The notes under the pieces: model-generated
Told to the model about the DNA's origin: nothing
Seen by the model: the letters and a program-made list of their open reading frames with translations, nothing else
Databases searched by the model: none
Position numbers and translations under genes: made by a program
In this document: positions 10,922 through 22,226 of the stretch, one piece after another
Layout: each line of letters begins with the position of its first letter
Numbering within the stretch: the first letter of the stretch is position 1
Assembly (NCBI GenBank): GCA_030740155.1
Contig: JASLXV010000037.1
Location: forward strand, 1-52,636
Length of the DNA stretch: 52,636 nucleotides
Source of the DNA: Dehalococcoidia bacterium
Lineage (GTDB): Bacteria > Chloroflexota > Dehalococcoidia > Lucifugimonadales > UBA3495
Direction: 5' to 3'

Positions 10922-11208
10922 AGCAGTTGGTTACACGAGCCCCAATTGATAGCCTCTGGCCCTCTTGTTCCCGATCAATGCCGGACAACCGATCAGCCTG
11001 CCGGTGTTACTCGTTGCAAGCGTGCAGTTCTCCAGCGACTCCTCAATTTGTCCTCGCGTAACCAGTACGTCAGGTGGCTTCGCACTTGCCTCCTGGTTTA
11101 GATGCGATTGGTCTACCCGGTGTGGCCCAAGCTTGATCGCGGCACGTCACGCCGTTTGACTCCAAAGACACCGGGAGAGTATAACATCCTGCAAAGGGGG
11201 CGGACGGA

Positions 11209-12006
11209 ATGGCACTCAGCTACCTCCTCGGCGATTGCCACACCCACCTGGACCAGTACGCCGCCGCGGAAATCCCGGAAATCCTGGAGCGGGCCGGTGA
11301 GGCCGGTGTCGGCTTCGCGGTCTGCGCCGGGACCACGGTGGAGTCCTCGCGGGCCTGCGTCCGGATGTCCGAGCAGTACGACGCGCTCTACGCCGGGGTC
11401 GGCATCCACCCGATGCAGGCCGACCAGCCCATCGATGAGGCCGTCTACGCTCAGCTCGAGGAGTTGGCCAAGGGGAGCCCGAGGGTGGTGTGCATCAGCG
11501 AGATTGGGTTGGACTTCCTGCCCACTTCTCCCAGCCACGATATTCAGTTCCAGGCGTTCCGGCAGCAGATTCGCCTGGCCCTCAGCCTCAAGCTGCCCAT
11601 AATCTTCCACTCGCGGGAGTCCCATCCGGAGGTGCTGCGGACGTTGCGGGAGGAGGGAGCCGGAGAAGTGGGCGGCGCGATGCACTACTTCCAGGGAGAC
11701 GAGGCCACGGCGCGGGAGGCCATCGACGTTGGTTTCTACATCTCTCTGGCCCGGCCGCTGCTCCGCCTGCCCGAGTTGCAGGAGGCGGCCAAGGCATTAC
11801 CGCTGGAGAACATCGTCCTGGAGACCGACGCGGCTCCCCAGCCGTTCAAGAAGTACCGGAGCAACTGGACCGAGCCCCGCCACACTCAGGATGTCGCCCG
11901 GTGCCTCGCCGAGTTGAAGGGGATAACGTTGGAAGAGGTGGCCGAGGCCACCACCCGGAACCTGACCAGGCTGCTGGGACTGGAACACCTGGCCGGGCCC
12001 AGATAG
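11209..12006 (+). CDS. tatD: TatD-family metal-dependent hydrolase
   Basis: DCHTHL, GIHP, EIGLD, IFHSR, MHYF, LETD motifs; possible promoter TTGACT(11156)-18-TATAAC(11180). Confidence 0.85.
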   Translation: MALSYLLGDCHTHLDQYAAAEIPEILERAGEAGVGFAVCAGTTVESSRACVRMSEQYDALYAGVGIHPMQADQPIDEAVYAQLEELAKGSPRVVCISEIGLDFLPTSPSHDIQFQAFRQQIRLALSLKLPIIFHSRESHPEVLRTLREEGAGEVGGAMHYFQGDEATAREAIDVGFYISLARPLLRLPELQEAAKALPLENIVLETDAAPQPFKKYRSNWTEPRHTQDVARCLAELKGITLEEVAEATTRNLTRLLGLEHLAGPR

Positions 12007-12028
12007 CGGGTGATGGCAGGCCCTGGTG

Positions 12029-12997
12029 ATGGCAGACTCTAATGAAGAGCGGACGTCCCGGTTGGAGAGTGGAAGCCAGCCTCCCCCGGTCAACTTCCAT
12101 CAGCTATACATCTTCCACGCGGTAGCCTCCCACCTCAGCTTTTCCCGGGCCGCGAAGGCCCTTGGAATCACCCAACCGGCGGTATCCATCCAGATTCACG
12201 AGCTGGAGAAGTCTCTGGGGGTGACCCTGTTCCACCGGCAGCCCAGGGGCCTGCGGATTACCGAAGTGGGCGAGACTGTTTTGGCCTACTCCCAGCAGAT
12301 ATTCTCCCTGTCCCAGAAGCTCACGGAGACGGTGCGGGAGATTCAAGACCTGACAACGGGCCATCTGACGCTGGGGGCCAGCACCACGCCGGGAGAGTTC
12401 GTGCTGCCGGTGGCCGTGGGCCGGTTCCGCCAGCTCTACCCCGGCATCCGGGTCAAGCTGGTCATCGCCAACACCCGGATCATCATCCAGCGCCTGTTGA
12501 ATCGCGAGATAGACCTGGGCATGGTCGGCGACCGGCCCCAGAACCGTTCCGGCGAACTGGAAATGGCCAACTACCTAGACGATGAAATCGTTCTGGTGGC
12601 CGCACCCACTCACCCATTGGCCCGCCACCGGACGGTGACACCGGATCAGGTGGCCGCCGAGGGATTGATCGTCCGGGAGGAAGGATCGGCAACCCGCCGG
12701 TCCGCGGAGAGGCACTTCAAGAGTCTCGGAGTGTCTCCTCAGGTAGTCCTGGAACTGGGCAGCAATCAGGCGGTGAAGCAAGCCGCGGCCGCCGGAGGGG
12801 GAGTTGGGGTAATCTCCCGCTTGGGAATTGCCGCCGAGGTCAAAGCCGGAATGCTGGTTGTGCTGAATGTGGCCGGCTGGGACTGCCGCCGCTCTCTCAT
12901 TCTGGTCCATCCCAAGGACCGGTACCTGTCGCCGGCGCAGAAAGCCTTCCGCCACTTCCTGCTCACCGAGCACCCCGGGCCGGCCATCGAGGACTGA
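12029..12997 (+). CDS. LysR-family transcriptional regulator
   Basis: FHQLYIFHAVASHLSFSRAAKALGITQPAVSIQIHELE HTH; LGASTTPG and REEGSATR substrate-binding motifs. Confidence 0.92.
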   Translation: MADSNEERTSRLESGSQPPPVNFHQLYIFHAVASHLSFSRAAKALGITQPAVSIQIHELEKSLGVTLFHRQPRGLRITEVGETVLAYSQQIFSLSQKLTETVREIQDLTTGHLTLGASTTPGEFVLPVAVGRFRQLYPGIRVKLVIANTRIIIQRLLNREIDLGMVGDRPQNRSGELEMANYLDDEIVLVAAPTHPLARHRTVTPDQVAAEGLIVREEGSATRRSAERHFKSLGVSPQVVLELGSNQAVKQAAAAGGGVGVISRLGIAAEVKAGMLVVLNVAGWDCRRSLILVHPKDRYLSPAQKAFRHFLLTEHPGPAIED

Positions 12998-13058
12998 GGC
13001 GCCGTCCCGTAAATAGCTCAACATCGGCACGGTGGTGCGGCCTTCCCTCCCGCCGATT

Positions 13059-13107
13059 CGTCATCCCGGCGGAGGCCGGAATCCAGAGAAGCCCCGCCGG
13101 GATGACG
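13059..13107. repeat. Palindromic repeat CGTCATCCCGGCGG...CCGCCGGGATGACG
   Basis: Perfect 14-bp inverted repeat (13059-13072 / 13094-13107) enclosing AGGCCGGAATCCAG. Confidence 0.75.
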
Positions 13108-13246
13108 GGCCGCGTATAGGAGCGGCCACTAGACGCTAGACTTCGGCTCCCCGCCCTGCCGCGCACGAAACTTTTTCGGCCCACAGCTGCAACGGCCATC
13201 GCACCGGCGGCCAAATGCCAAGGGAGCTACGGTGGGCCCCCACATG

Positions 13247-13282
13247 AATCACCCTTTGTAAAGGGGGACTCAGGGGGATTTC
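13247..13282. repeat. CCCTTT-AAAGGGGG palindromic repeat (same family as 44262-44308 and 33956-33988)
   Basis: AATCACCCTTTGTAAAGGGGGACTCAGGGGGATTT matches the core and right arm of the 44262-44308 copy. Confidence 0.7.
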
Positions 13283-13376
13283 CTCGTCTCATACCCGGCC
13301 AAGGTGAGGCCCCGAGTCCATGGGCACCCGCCTTCGCGATAGTCATTAGCTGGTAATACCGGCGTCAGACCAAAGA

Positions 13377-13405
13377 TTGAGACTAACCCGAGACGATGAT
13401 ACCAT
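13377..13405 (+). promoter_or_regulatory. Sigma70-type promoter for the DUF1802 gene
   Basis: TTGAGA-17 nt-TACCAT with a TGn extension, about 45 nt upstream of ATG13451. Confidence 0.5.
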
Positions 13406-13450
13406 TAGAAATACCCTCGTACAGAAACTTCCCTTCGGGAGATTAGATAT

Positions 13451-14041
13451 ATGTCACCGGAACAACACCTAATTGCCCTCAAAGAGTGGGCGGTCACGGT
13501 TCAGGCCCTTGCCCAGGGCCGGCAGATATTGCTATTGCGCAAGGGCGGCATACGGGAGCCGGGCAAGGACTTTCGGGTGGACCATACCGAGTTTCTGCTC
13601 TACCCAACCTACGAGCACCAGCGAGAGGACCTGCTGAAAGACGGATACCAATCGGCGTTACTCGGCCTCCTTGAGGAGCCCCGTCCGGAGGGGCAAATCA
13701 CCTTCTCCCATTGGGCCAAGGTAGAGGAAGTCATCGAGCTATCCCAACAGGAGAAGGTCTACGATCTATCGCCCCATCACATCTGGACCAACGCCTACGC
13801 CCAGTCCCGGCTCCACTGGAAGCCGAAATTGCCCCTGGCGTTGATGCTGCTTCGCGTGTACCAACTGGAGAAGCCGGTCGACGTTCCGGCGCTGCCCGAG
13901 TACCGGGGGTGCACGTCCTGGATAGAGATACTGGACCGGGTGCCCATGGGCAGCCTGCGTCCGGTGCTCTCGGACCATGATTTCCGTCGCCAGGTGGATG
14001 ATATCAAGAACTGCTTGGGACTGGCCCTCTCCTCCGCCTAG
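13451..14041 (+). CDS. DUF1802 family protein
   Basis: ALKEWAVTVQALAQGRQILLLRKGGIRE, FLLYPTYEHQ, HIWT, YRGCTSW motifs. Confidence 0.85.
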   Translation: MSPEQHLIALKEWAVTVQALAQGRQILLLRKGGIREPGKDFRVDHTEFLLYPTYEHQREDLLKDGYQSALLGLLEEPRPEGQITFSHWAKVEEVIELSQQEKVYDLSPHHIWTNAYAQSRLHWKPKLPLALMLLRVYQLEKPVDVPALPEYRGCTSWIEILDRVPMGSLRPVLSDHDFRRQVDDIKNCLGLALSSA

Positions 14042-14185
14042 GGGCCAGGGAGCGCAGGGTCCGACGGCGAATCCTCTTCCAGCATCTCTCTTCTAACGTG
14101 CGTTGTACGGGGACCGCTCGTGCCGCGTCGCGGGGAGGAGAATTACCTTCCTAACCAATCCAGCGATGATGGTGAAACATAGGCT

Positions 14186-15193
14186 ATGAAGTACCGGCAA
14201 CTGCCCCGCACCGAGCTACTGCTGCCCGAGGTGGGTTTTGGCGTTTGGACCGTGGCTACCGACTGGTGGGGCCGGATGTCCGAGGAACAACGGGCCGCCC
14301 TGCTGGAAAACGCCCTGGAGCTTGGAGTTACCTTTTTCGACACCGCCGACACCTACGGCGAAGGCTACGGCGAAGAGATCCTGGCCAAGGTGCTGGGCCA
14401 TCGCCGCCAGGAACTGGTCCTCTCCACCAAGTTCGGGTACGACTTTTACGACAAGACTGTGACCCGGGAGGGACACCAGGAGCGCCCTCAGAAGTTCGAC
14501 CGGGAGTTCGTGATCTTCGCCTGCGAGCAGAGCCTGCGCCGTCTCCGCACCGACTACATCGACCTCTACCAGATCCACAATCCAAAGAACACCATCCTGG
14601 ACCGGGACGAGCTATTCGAAACCCTGGAGCAATTGCAGTCCGAGGGCAAAATCCGATACTACGGCGTCGCCCTAGGTCCGGACATCGGCTGGTTCGAAGA
14701 GGGCGAGACCGCGATGCGCCGGCGGCACGTGGACAGCGCGCAGATAATATATAGCATCCTGGAGCAGGAGCCGGCGCGAGACTTCTTCCCCATCGCCGCG
14801 GAAGAGCAGGTGGGTTTGCTCTCACGGGTCCCCCACGCGTCGGAGGTGCTCACGGGCCGCTACGTGGAGCCGCCCACTTTCGAGGCGAGTGACCACCGGT
14901 CTCTCCGCCGCGTGGAGTGGATGAGGCAGGCCCTACAAAGGCTGGAGACGGTGAAGTTCCTGGCCCACGAGGACATGGACCGGACCATGGGCCAGGCAGC
15001 CATCAAGTTCTGTCTGGCTCAGCCAACCATCACCTCGGTGCTTCCCAACTTCACCAACCTGGAAGAGCTTCGGGAGTACACCGCCGCGCCGGATGTCCTC
15101 GATCTGAGCCGGGAAGAGATTTCGCGGCTGGAGGATCTGTGGCGGACCGGCTTCACTATGGAAGAGCCAACGCCTGAATTCCGGGAAATCTAA
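14186..15193 (+). CDS. Aldo/keto reductase
   Basis: GFGVW, FFDTADTYG, STKFG, EQSLRRLRTDYIDLYQIHNP motifs. Confidence 0.92.
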   Translation: MKYRQLPRTELLLPEVGFGVWTVATDWWGRMSEEQRAALLENALELGVTFFDTADTYGEGYGEEILAKVLGHRRQELVLSTKFGYDFYDKTVTREGHQERPQKFDREFVIFACEQSLRRLRTDYIDLYQIHNPKNTILDRDELFETLEQLQSEGKIRYYGVALGPDIGWFEEGETAMRRRHVDSAQIIYSILEQEPARDFFPIAAEEQVGLLSRVPHASEVLTGRYVEPPTFEASDHRSLRRVEWMRQALQRLETVKFLAHEDMDRTMGQAAIKFCLAQPTITSVLPNFTNLEELREYTAAPDVLDLSREEISRLEDLWRTGFTMEEPTPEFREI

Positions 15194-15720
15194 ACCCCCG
15201 GCCCTCTTGAGCGCTGGCACCCCAAAATGCTACCTTAGTCACATATCCGGCCGCGATGGATGGGCCGTAGCGGTTAGTGTAGAATGTTTGCGCGTCGCCA
15301 TGACGGGTGACATCGACATGTAGGAACCGGTCGCTCCGCCGTAGTCGGACGAATGTCACCCTGAGTTTCCACGGGCCGGGACCAATCCGGCCCAAAGGTT
15401 CACAGCTTCGAAGGCTGCTGGGGCAAGGATGAGCGTGAGCGGCGGGGCCAAGCTTTCCGCCCCACACCGGATACCCGGTCTCCCGCCTCTGATTGGCTCA
15501 GGGGCGCCGTTAGCCCGCATTGCAACTTCCGCCGGTCTATCAATTCAACACTGGGACGGGGTACACTGCGACGGCGAGCGGCCATCCGATCGGCTGCCGC
15601 GCTTTGCCGGGGCAAGAAAGATCGCAACACCAGGTAATCAATCATTAACTAGACGAGCCCCTGGGCATATCGCTGGGATTCCGCCCCAATTGCCCATGGA
15701 CACCAGGGAAGGAGCAGGCA

Positions 15721-18480
<2,760 letters not shown>

Positions 18481-19195
18481 GGTGACTGGGTACCCTACCC
18501 GGCATCAAGGCGCCGTGACCTACCGGAAAAAAACCTCTATAGAGTTGGCTTACCGCCTCTTTCTCCGTACATCGGTATGAGGTGAGCGTCTCTAGATACT
18601 GGTGCATGCGAAGATCTCTATCTTCTTCTTCGCGGGGTGTCAAGATGTCCCCGTTCACCAAGATGCGCGTGGCGTAGTCCCGCAAAGCTGTCAGGTGTTG
18701 GGCCGTCGACTCTTTGCGATCCGCCGACGTTGCGATAACCATGGTGCCCCTCCCTCCGTGGTGCTCTCGCTCGGAATGCCTCCGGTTCCCCTATTAACAC
18801 CTTACCCTCGCGCACCGTTGCCAAAGTAGTGGGAAACCTAACAATTCCTTTGGGACTTTCTCCCTTGATTGGTTCCCCAGGGCAGATGCTGCTCTCTAAA
18901 TGGCGCCTTCCCCCAGCTACCATCCGCTCCCCCAGCCGCCGAAGACAGAACACGATAGAGGAAGATTGACCGGTAGGTCCCGCCTTAGCGCCCAGGTGAA
19001 CCGGCCGGGTCCGGCGCCGCACAAGAGGGCCTTGCCCCAAAATCGCCATGGAATATGCAATCCCGAGTAGAGCGGGGGTCCGGAGCATGGGTTCCAGGTT
19101 ACCGAGGAGGAACATCGAACCGGATTCCCCGTCGCCTCGCTCCTCGGGGTAACGGTCTTGAAGCGGATCCGCCTACGGCCGGCCGGTGCACCGCT

Positions 19196-20110
19196 TCAGG
19201 TTTGCCTGGCCCGGTAGCTCAGCTCGAAAAGCTCGCCGAGAATATCGAAGAAGCCCGGTCCGTCCACCGGCCCGGCGACCGCGACCGGCCCATTCGCGGC
19301 GATCACCCGCGTCTCCCCCCAGCGAGCCGGGTCGGCAATCTCGACGGTCAGGGTCAACTGCTCGCAGGTGGCCAACCGCGGGTCCAGGGCCACCGCCAGG
19401 GCCAGGGGGTCGTAGAACTCGAACCGCTCCCGCAGGGGGTCCCGGTGGAACCAATTGCCAAGGAGTTGAACCGCCAGCCGGCCCAGATGTGAGGAGGTTT
19501 TCCTACTGCCCAACTCGTCCCTGGTCACGGTAACCTGGCGTGCCGCCCCGAGGTCCACCAAGGTCAACGGAACCCCGGAAGACAAGACCTGATGGGCAGC
19601 CATCGGGTCGCTGTAGAAGTTGAATTCGGCGTTTGGGGTAACGTTCCCTGCCACGTTGACCGCCCCGCCCATGACCACCAGCGAGGCCGCCCGCTCCAGC
19701 GCCCCGGGATGCCGCCGCAGCAGGTGGGCCAGGTTGGTCAGCGGGCCCAACGCCACCAGGGTGATCTGGCCTGGGTAGCTCTGGAGCCGGGCGGCCAGGA
19801 AGTTCGCGGCCCCGGGTTCCACGGGCCTGCCTTGGGGCTCGGGTAGCCGCCGCGAGAGCCCGCCAGGCCCGTGGAAGCGGTAGGCGTAGGAGTAGCGGCC
19901 CCGGATGGGCCGGGCGGCGCCGCGAGCCACGGGTATTTCCGGCCGGCCGGCGTACTCCAGCAACGCCAACGCGTTCCTGGTGCCGCGGGCCAAGGTGACG
20001 TTGCCGCCCACCGTGGTCAGGCCAAGCAGGTCCACGCTGGGGCAGGCCAGCGCCATTAGTAGTGCGATGGCGTCGTCCACCCCCGGATCGGTATCGATGA
20101 TTAATTCGAT
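19196..20110 (-). CDS. Inosine/uridine-preferring nucleoside hydrolase family protein; start codon anomalous
   Basis: Frame extends upstream of GTG20080 as IELIIDTDPGVDDAIAL; also TVGGN, LGPLTNLA, MGGA, AEFNFYSDP, YDPLA motifs. Confidence 0.82.
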   Translation of the reverse strand: MELIIDTDPGVDDAIALLMALACPSVDLLGLTTVGGNVTLARGTRNALALLEYAGRPEIPVARGAARPIRGRYSYAYRFHGPGGLSRRLPEPQGRPVEPGAANFLAARLQSYPGQITLVALGPLTNLAHLLRRHPGALERAASLVVMGGAVNVAGNVTPNAEFNFYSDPMAAHQVLSSGVPLTLVDLGAARQVTVTRDELGSRKTSSHLGRLAVQLLGNWFHRDPLRERFEFYDPLALAVALDPRLATCEQLTLTVEIADPARWGETRVIAANGPVAVAGPVDGPGFFDILGELFELSYRARQT

Positions 20111-21105
20111 GGGTCGGCCCTTGCTCTAGCCGGTTCTTTGCCAACAACGCGGGAGTTGGCGTAGGCGCTCAAGGCTTCCGAGGAGGTGTGCCAGAACCGG
20201 TACCCGGTCGCCCGGTGCAGACCTCCCGTGTCGAGCACCATCGGATACCGCACCAGGTCCAGTCCGCAGGAGGTGGACTCGCGTTGGATTCCGAGCTTCC
20301 AGGTTAGCTGAACCAGCGGGTAAGCCAGCAACGGCGGCAGACTCACCAGCTTGCTCTTTATCATTTTGGCCATCTCCCGGTAGAACACCACGCCTTCGCC
20401 GGCCACGTTGAAGACGCCGGGCAAGCCCCGTTCGATGATGATGGTCAGCACTCTGGCCAGGTCATCCTCGTACAGAAATTGAAGGGGGGGGTCGTAATCC
20501 AGCACCCCCAGCAACCACGGCCGGAAGAAAGCCTTGGTGACGGTATTGGCCGCCGTGGGACCCAGCACAATGCACGGACGGAGGACCGTAACCGTCATCC
20601 TTTGATGCTCCTGGGCAAACTCGCCGATCATCTGTTCAGCCAGGAATTTGTCGTAACCGTAGGGGAAATCCGGCGCCGGCCGCAGGGGGGCCGCGTCGGT
20701 CAAGGGAATGGGATTGTCCTCGTGAGCCCCGTAAACCGTGTGGGAGCTGAGGTAGATGAAGTGGCGCACCCTGGCCCGCAGGCAGGAATCCAGGACCGCC
20801 TTCAGAGCGTCCAGGTTGGCCTGGCGAATTGAAGCAACTTCACGACGGTTGCGGCCCCGCCTGGAAATGAATGCCAGGTGCACCAGGGTGGTGACCCGGT
20901 TGCGGCGCAGAACATCCTCAATGGACTCCGTAACGTCCTGGCGGTGAACGGTGATGTTGTGGATCGGGAAAGGCAGGGGATTGATATCGATGGCCACGAG
21001 CTTGCGCTGCGCCCCTTCTTCCTCCAGGTTCTGGAGCAGGCTGGTTCCAATGTACCCGGAGGCGCCGGTGACGGCCACCACCGTATCCCGTCGATCTTCA
21101 GTCAC
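20101..21105 (-). CDS. NAD-dependent epimerase/dehydratase (extended SDR)
   Basis: VAVTGASGYIG Rossmann motif, VHLAF, YLSSHTVYG, YGYDK (YxxxK). Confidence 0.88.
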   Translation of the reverse strand: MTEDRRDTVVAVTGASGYIGTSLLQNLEEEGAQRKLVAIDINPLPFPIHNITVHRQDVTESIEDVLRRNRVTTLVHLAFISRRGRNRREVASIRQANLDALKAVLDSCLRARVRHFIYLSSHTVYGAHEDNPIPLTDAAPLRPAPDFPYGYDKFLAEQMIGEFAQEHQRMTVTVLRPCIVLGPTAANTVTKAFFRPWLLGVLDYDPPLQFLYEDDLARVLTIIIERGLPGVFNVAGEGVVFYREMAKMIKSKLVSLPPLLAYPLVQLTWKLGIQRESTSCGLDLVRYPMVLDTGGLHRATGYRFWHTSSEALSAYANSRVVGKEPARARADPSN

Positions 21106-21307
21106 TGTGGTCTCTCCAGCCCCTCACCCGGCCGGAAGGCCGTCCGGGGTTTCCCGGCGTCCCATACTGAGCCCGGCCGCAATCCGGCACTTCGTCCCAA
21201 ATAGCGTGGCCCAAAGAGACTAACTGGGCCTTCTCGAGAAATCAAGCCACCCGGGCGGCAGGCAGGGCGGGCCGGGTATATTTCGAAAAGGACGAGCAAA
21301 GACAATC

Positions 21308-22183
21308 TTACCCGCGGGTTGGCGGCAGAAGGGGCAGCACGCTGGACAACCAAGTCTGAGCGGTAACCCGCACCTTCTCCGGTTTACTCAAAGAGATCCG
21401 GTGGTTCAGGACGTCGTAACCGGCGTCTTCGATACGATCCAGCACCTTCCGGTACAGTTGGCCGAGCACCGCGGGGCAGGCCCGGGAGCGAAACGAGAGA
21501 TAGGGCAAAAGCTGAAATCCGCTCCGGAAGTACCATTTGGCGCGGTCGGCTTGATGCCGCATCAACTCGATGAAGGCCGGGTTGACGACCCGGGCCTGCA
21601 ATTCCGCCTCCGAATACCCGAAGCGGGCCATCTCGTCCTGGGGCAAGTAGATCCGGCCGAACTCCAGGTCCTCCCGCACGTCCCGGGCGATGTTGGTCAG
21701 CTGCATGGCCAGCCCCAGGTCAATGGCGTGCTCCTTGGCCGCGGGGTCTTTATACCCGAAGATTTGGATGCAGATCAACCCCACCACCGAGGCCACCTGG
21801 TAGCAATACCGGCGCAGTTGCTCGAAGTCTTCGTACCGGTCTTTGACCAGGTCGCACTCGACCCCGGATATGACCTCTTGGAAGTATTCCTGGGGAATAT
21901 CATACCGCTCGGCGACGTCGGCCAGGGCCATGAAAACCGGGTCGCCGGGGTGCCCCAGGTAGGTTTTTTCAAGCTCTTTTTGCAAACCGGCCAACGCGGC
22001 AAGCTTCTCATCTTGGGAGCCCAACCGGTCGACGGCGTCGTCGCAGTACCGGCAGAACGCGTAGGCCACGTAGATGGCCCGGCGCCGCACTGCCGGGAGC
22101 GTCAGGAAAGCGTAGTAGAAGTTCTTGGCTTCCCGTAGCGTGATCGACCGGCACTCGTCGTAGGCCAAATCCAGATCTGTCAC
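21308..22183 (-). CDS. hpnD: Phytoene/squalene synthase family protein, HpnD-like
   Basis: AKNFYYAF, YAFCRYCDDAVD, YCYQVASVVG, LGLAMQLTNIARDVRED...GRIYLP; last gene of the hopanoid cluster. Confidence 0.78.
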   Translation of the reverse strand: MTDLDLAYDECRSITLREAKNFYYAFLTLPAVRRRAIYVAYAFCRYCDDAVDRLGSQDEKLAALAGLQKELEKTYLGHPGDPVFMALADVAERYDIPQEYFQEVISGVECDLVKDRYEDFEQLRRYCYQVASVVGLICIQIFGYKDPAAKEHAIDLGLAMQLTNIARDVREDLEFGRIYLPQDEMARFGYSEAELQARVVNPAFIELMRHQADRAKWYFRSGFQLLPYLSFRSRACPAVLGQLYRKVLDRIEDAGYDVLNHRISLSKPEKVRVTAQTWLSSVLPLLPPTRG

Positions 22184-22226
22184 GGCGCGCCTTTTCGACC
22201 CGAACCGACTATTCCCCGGGCCCTGG

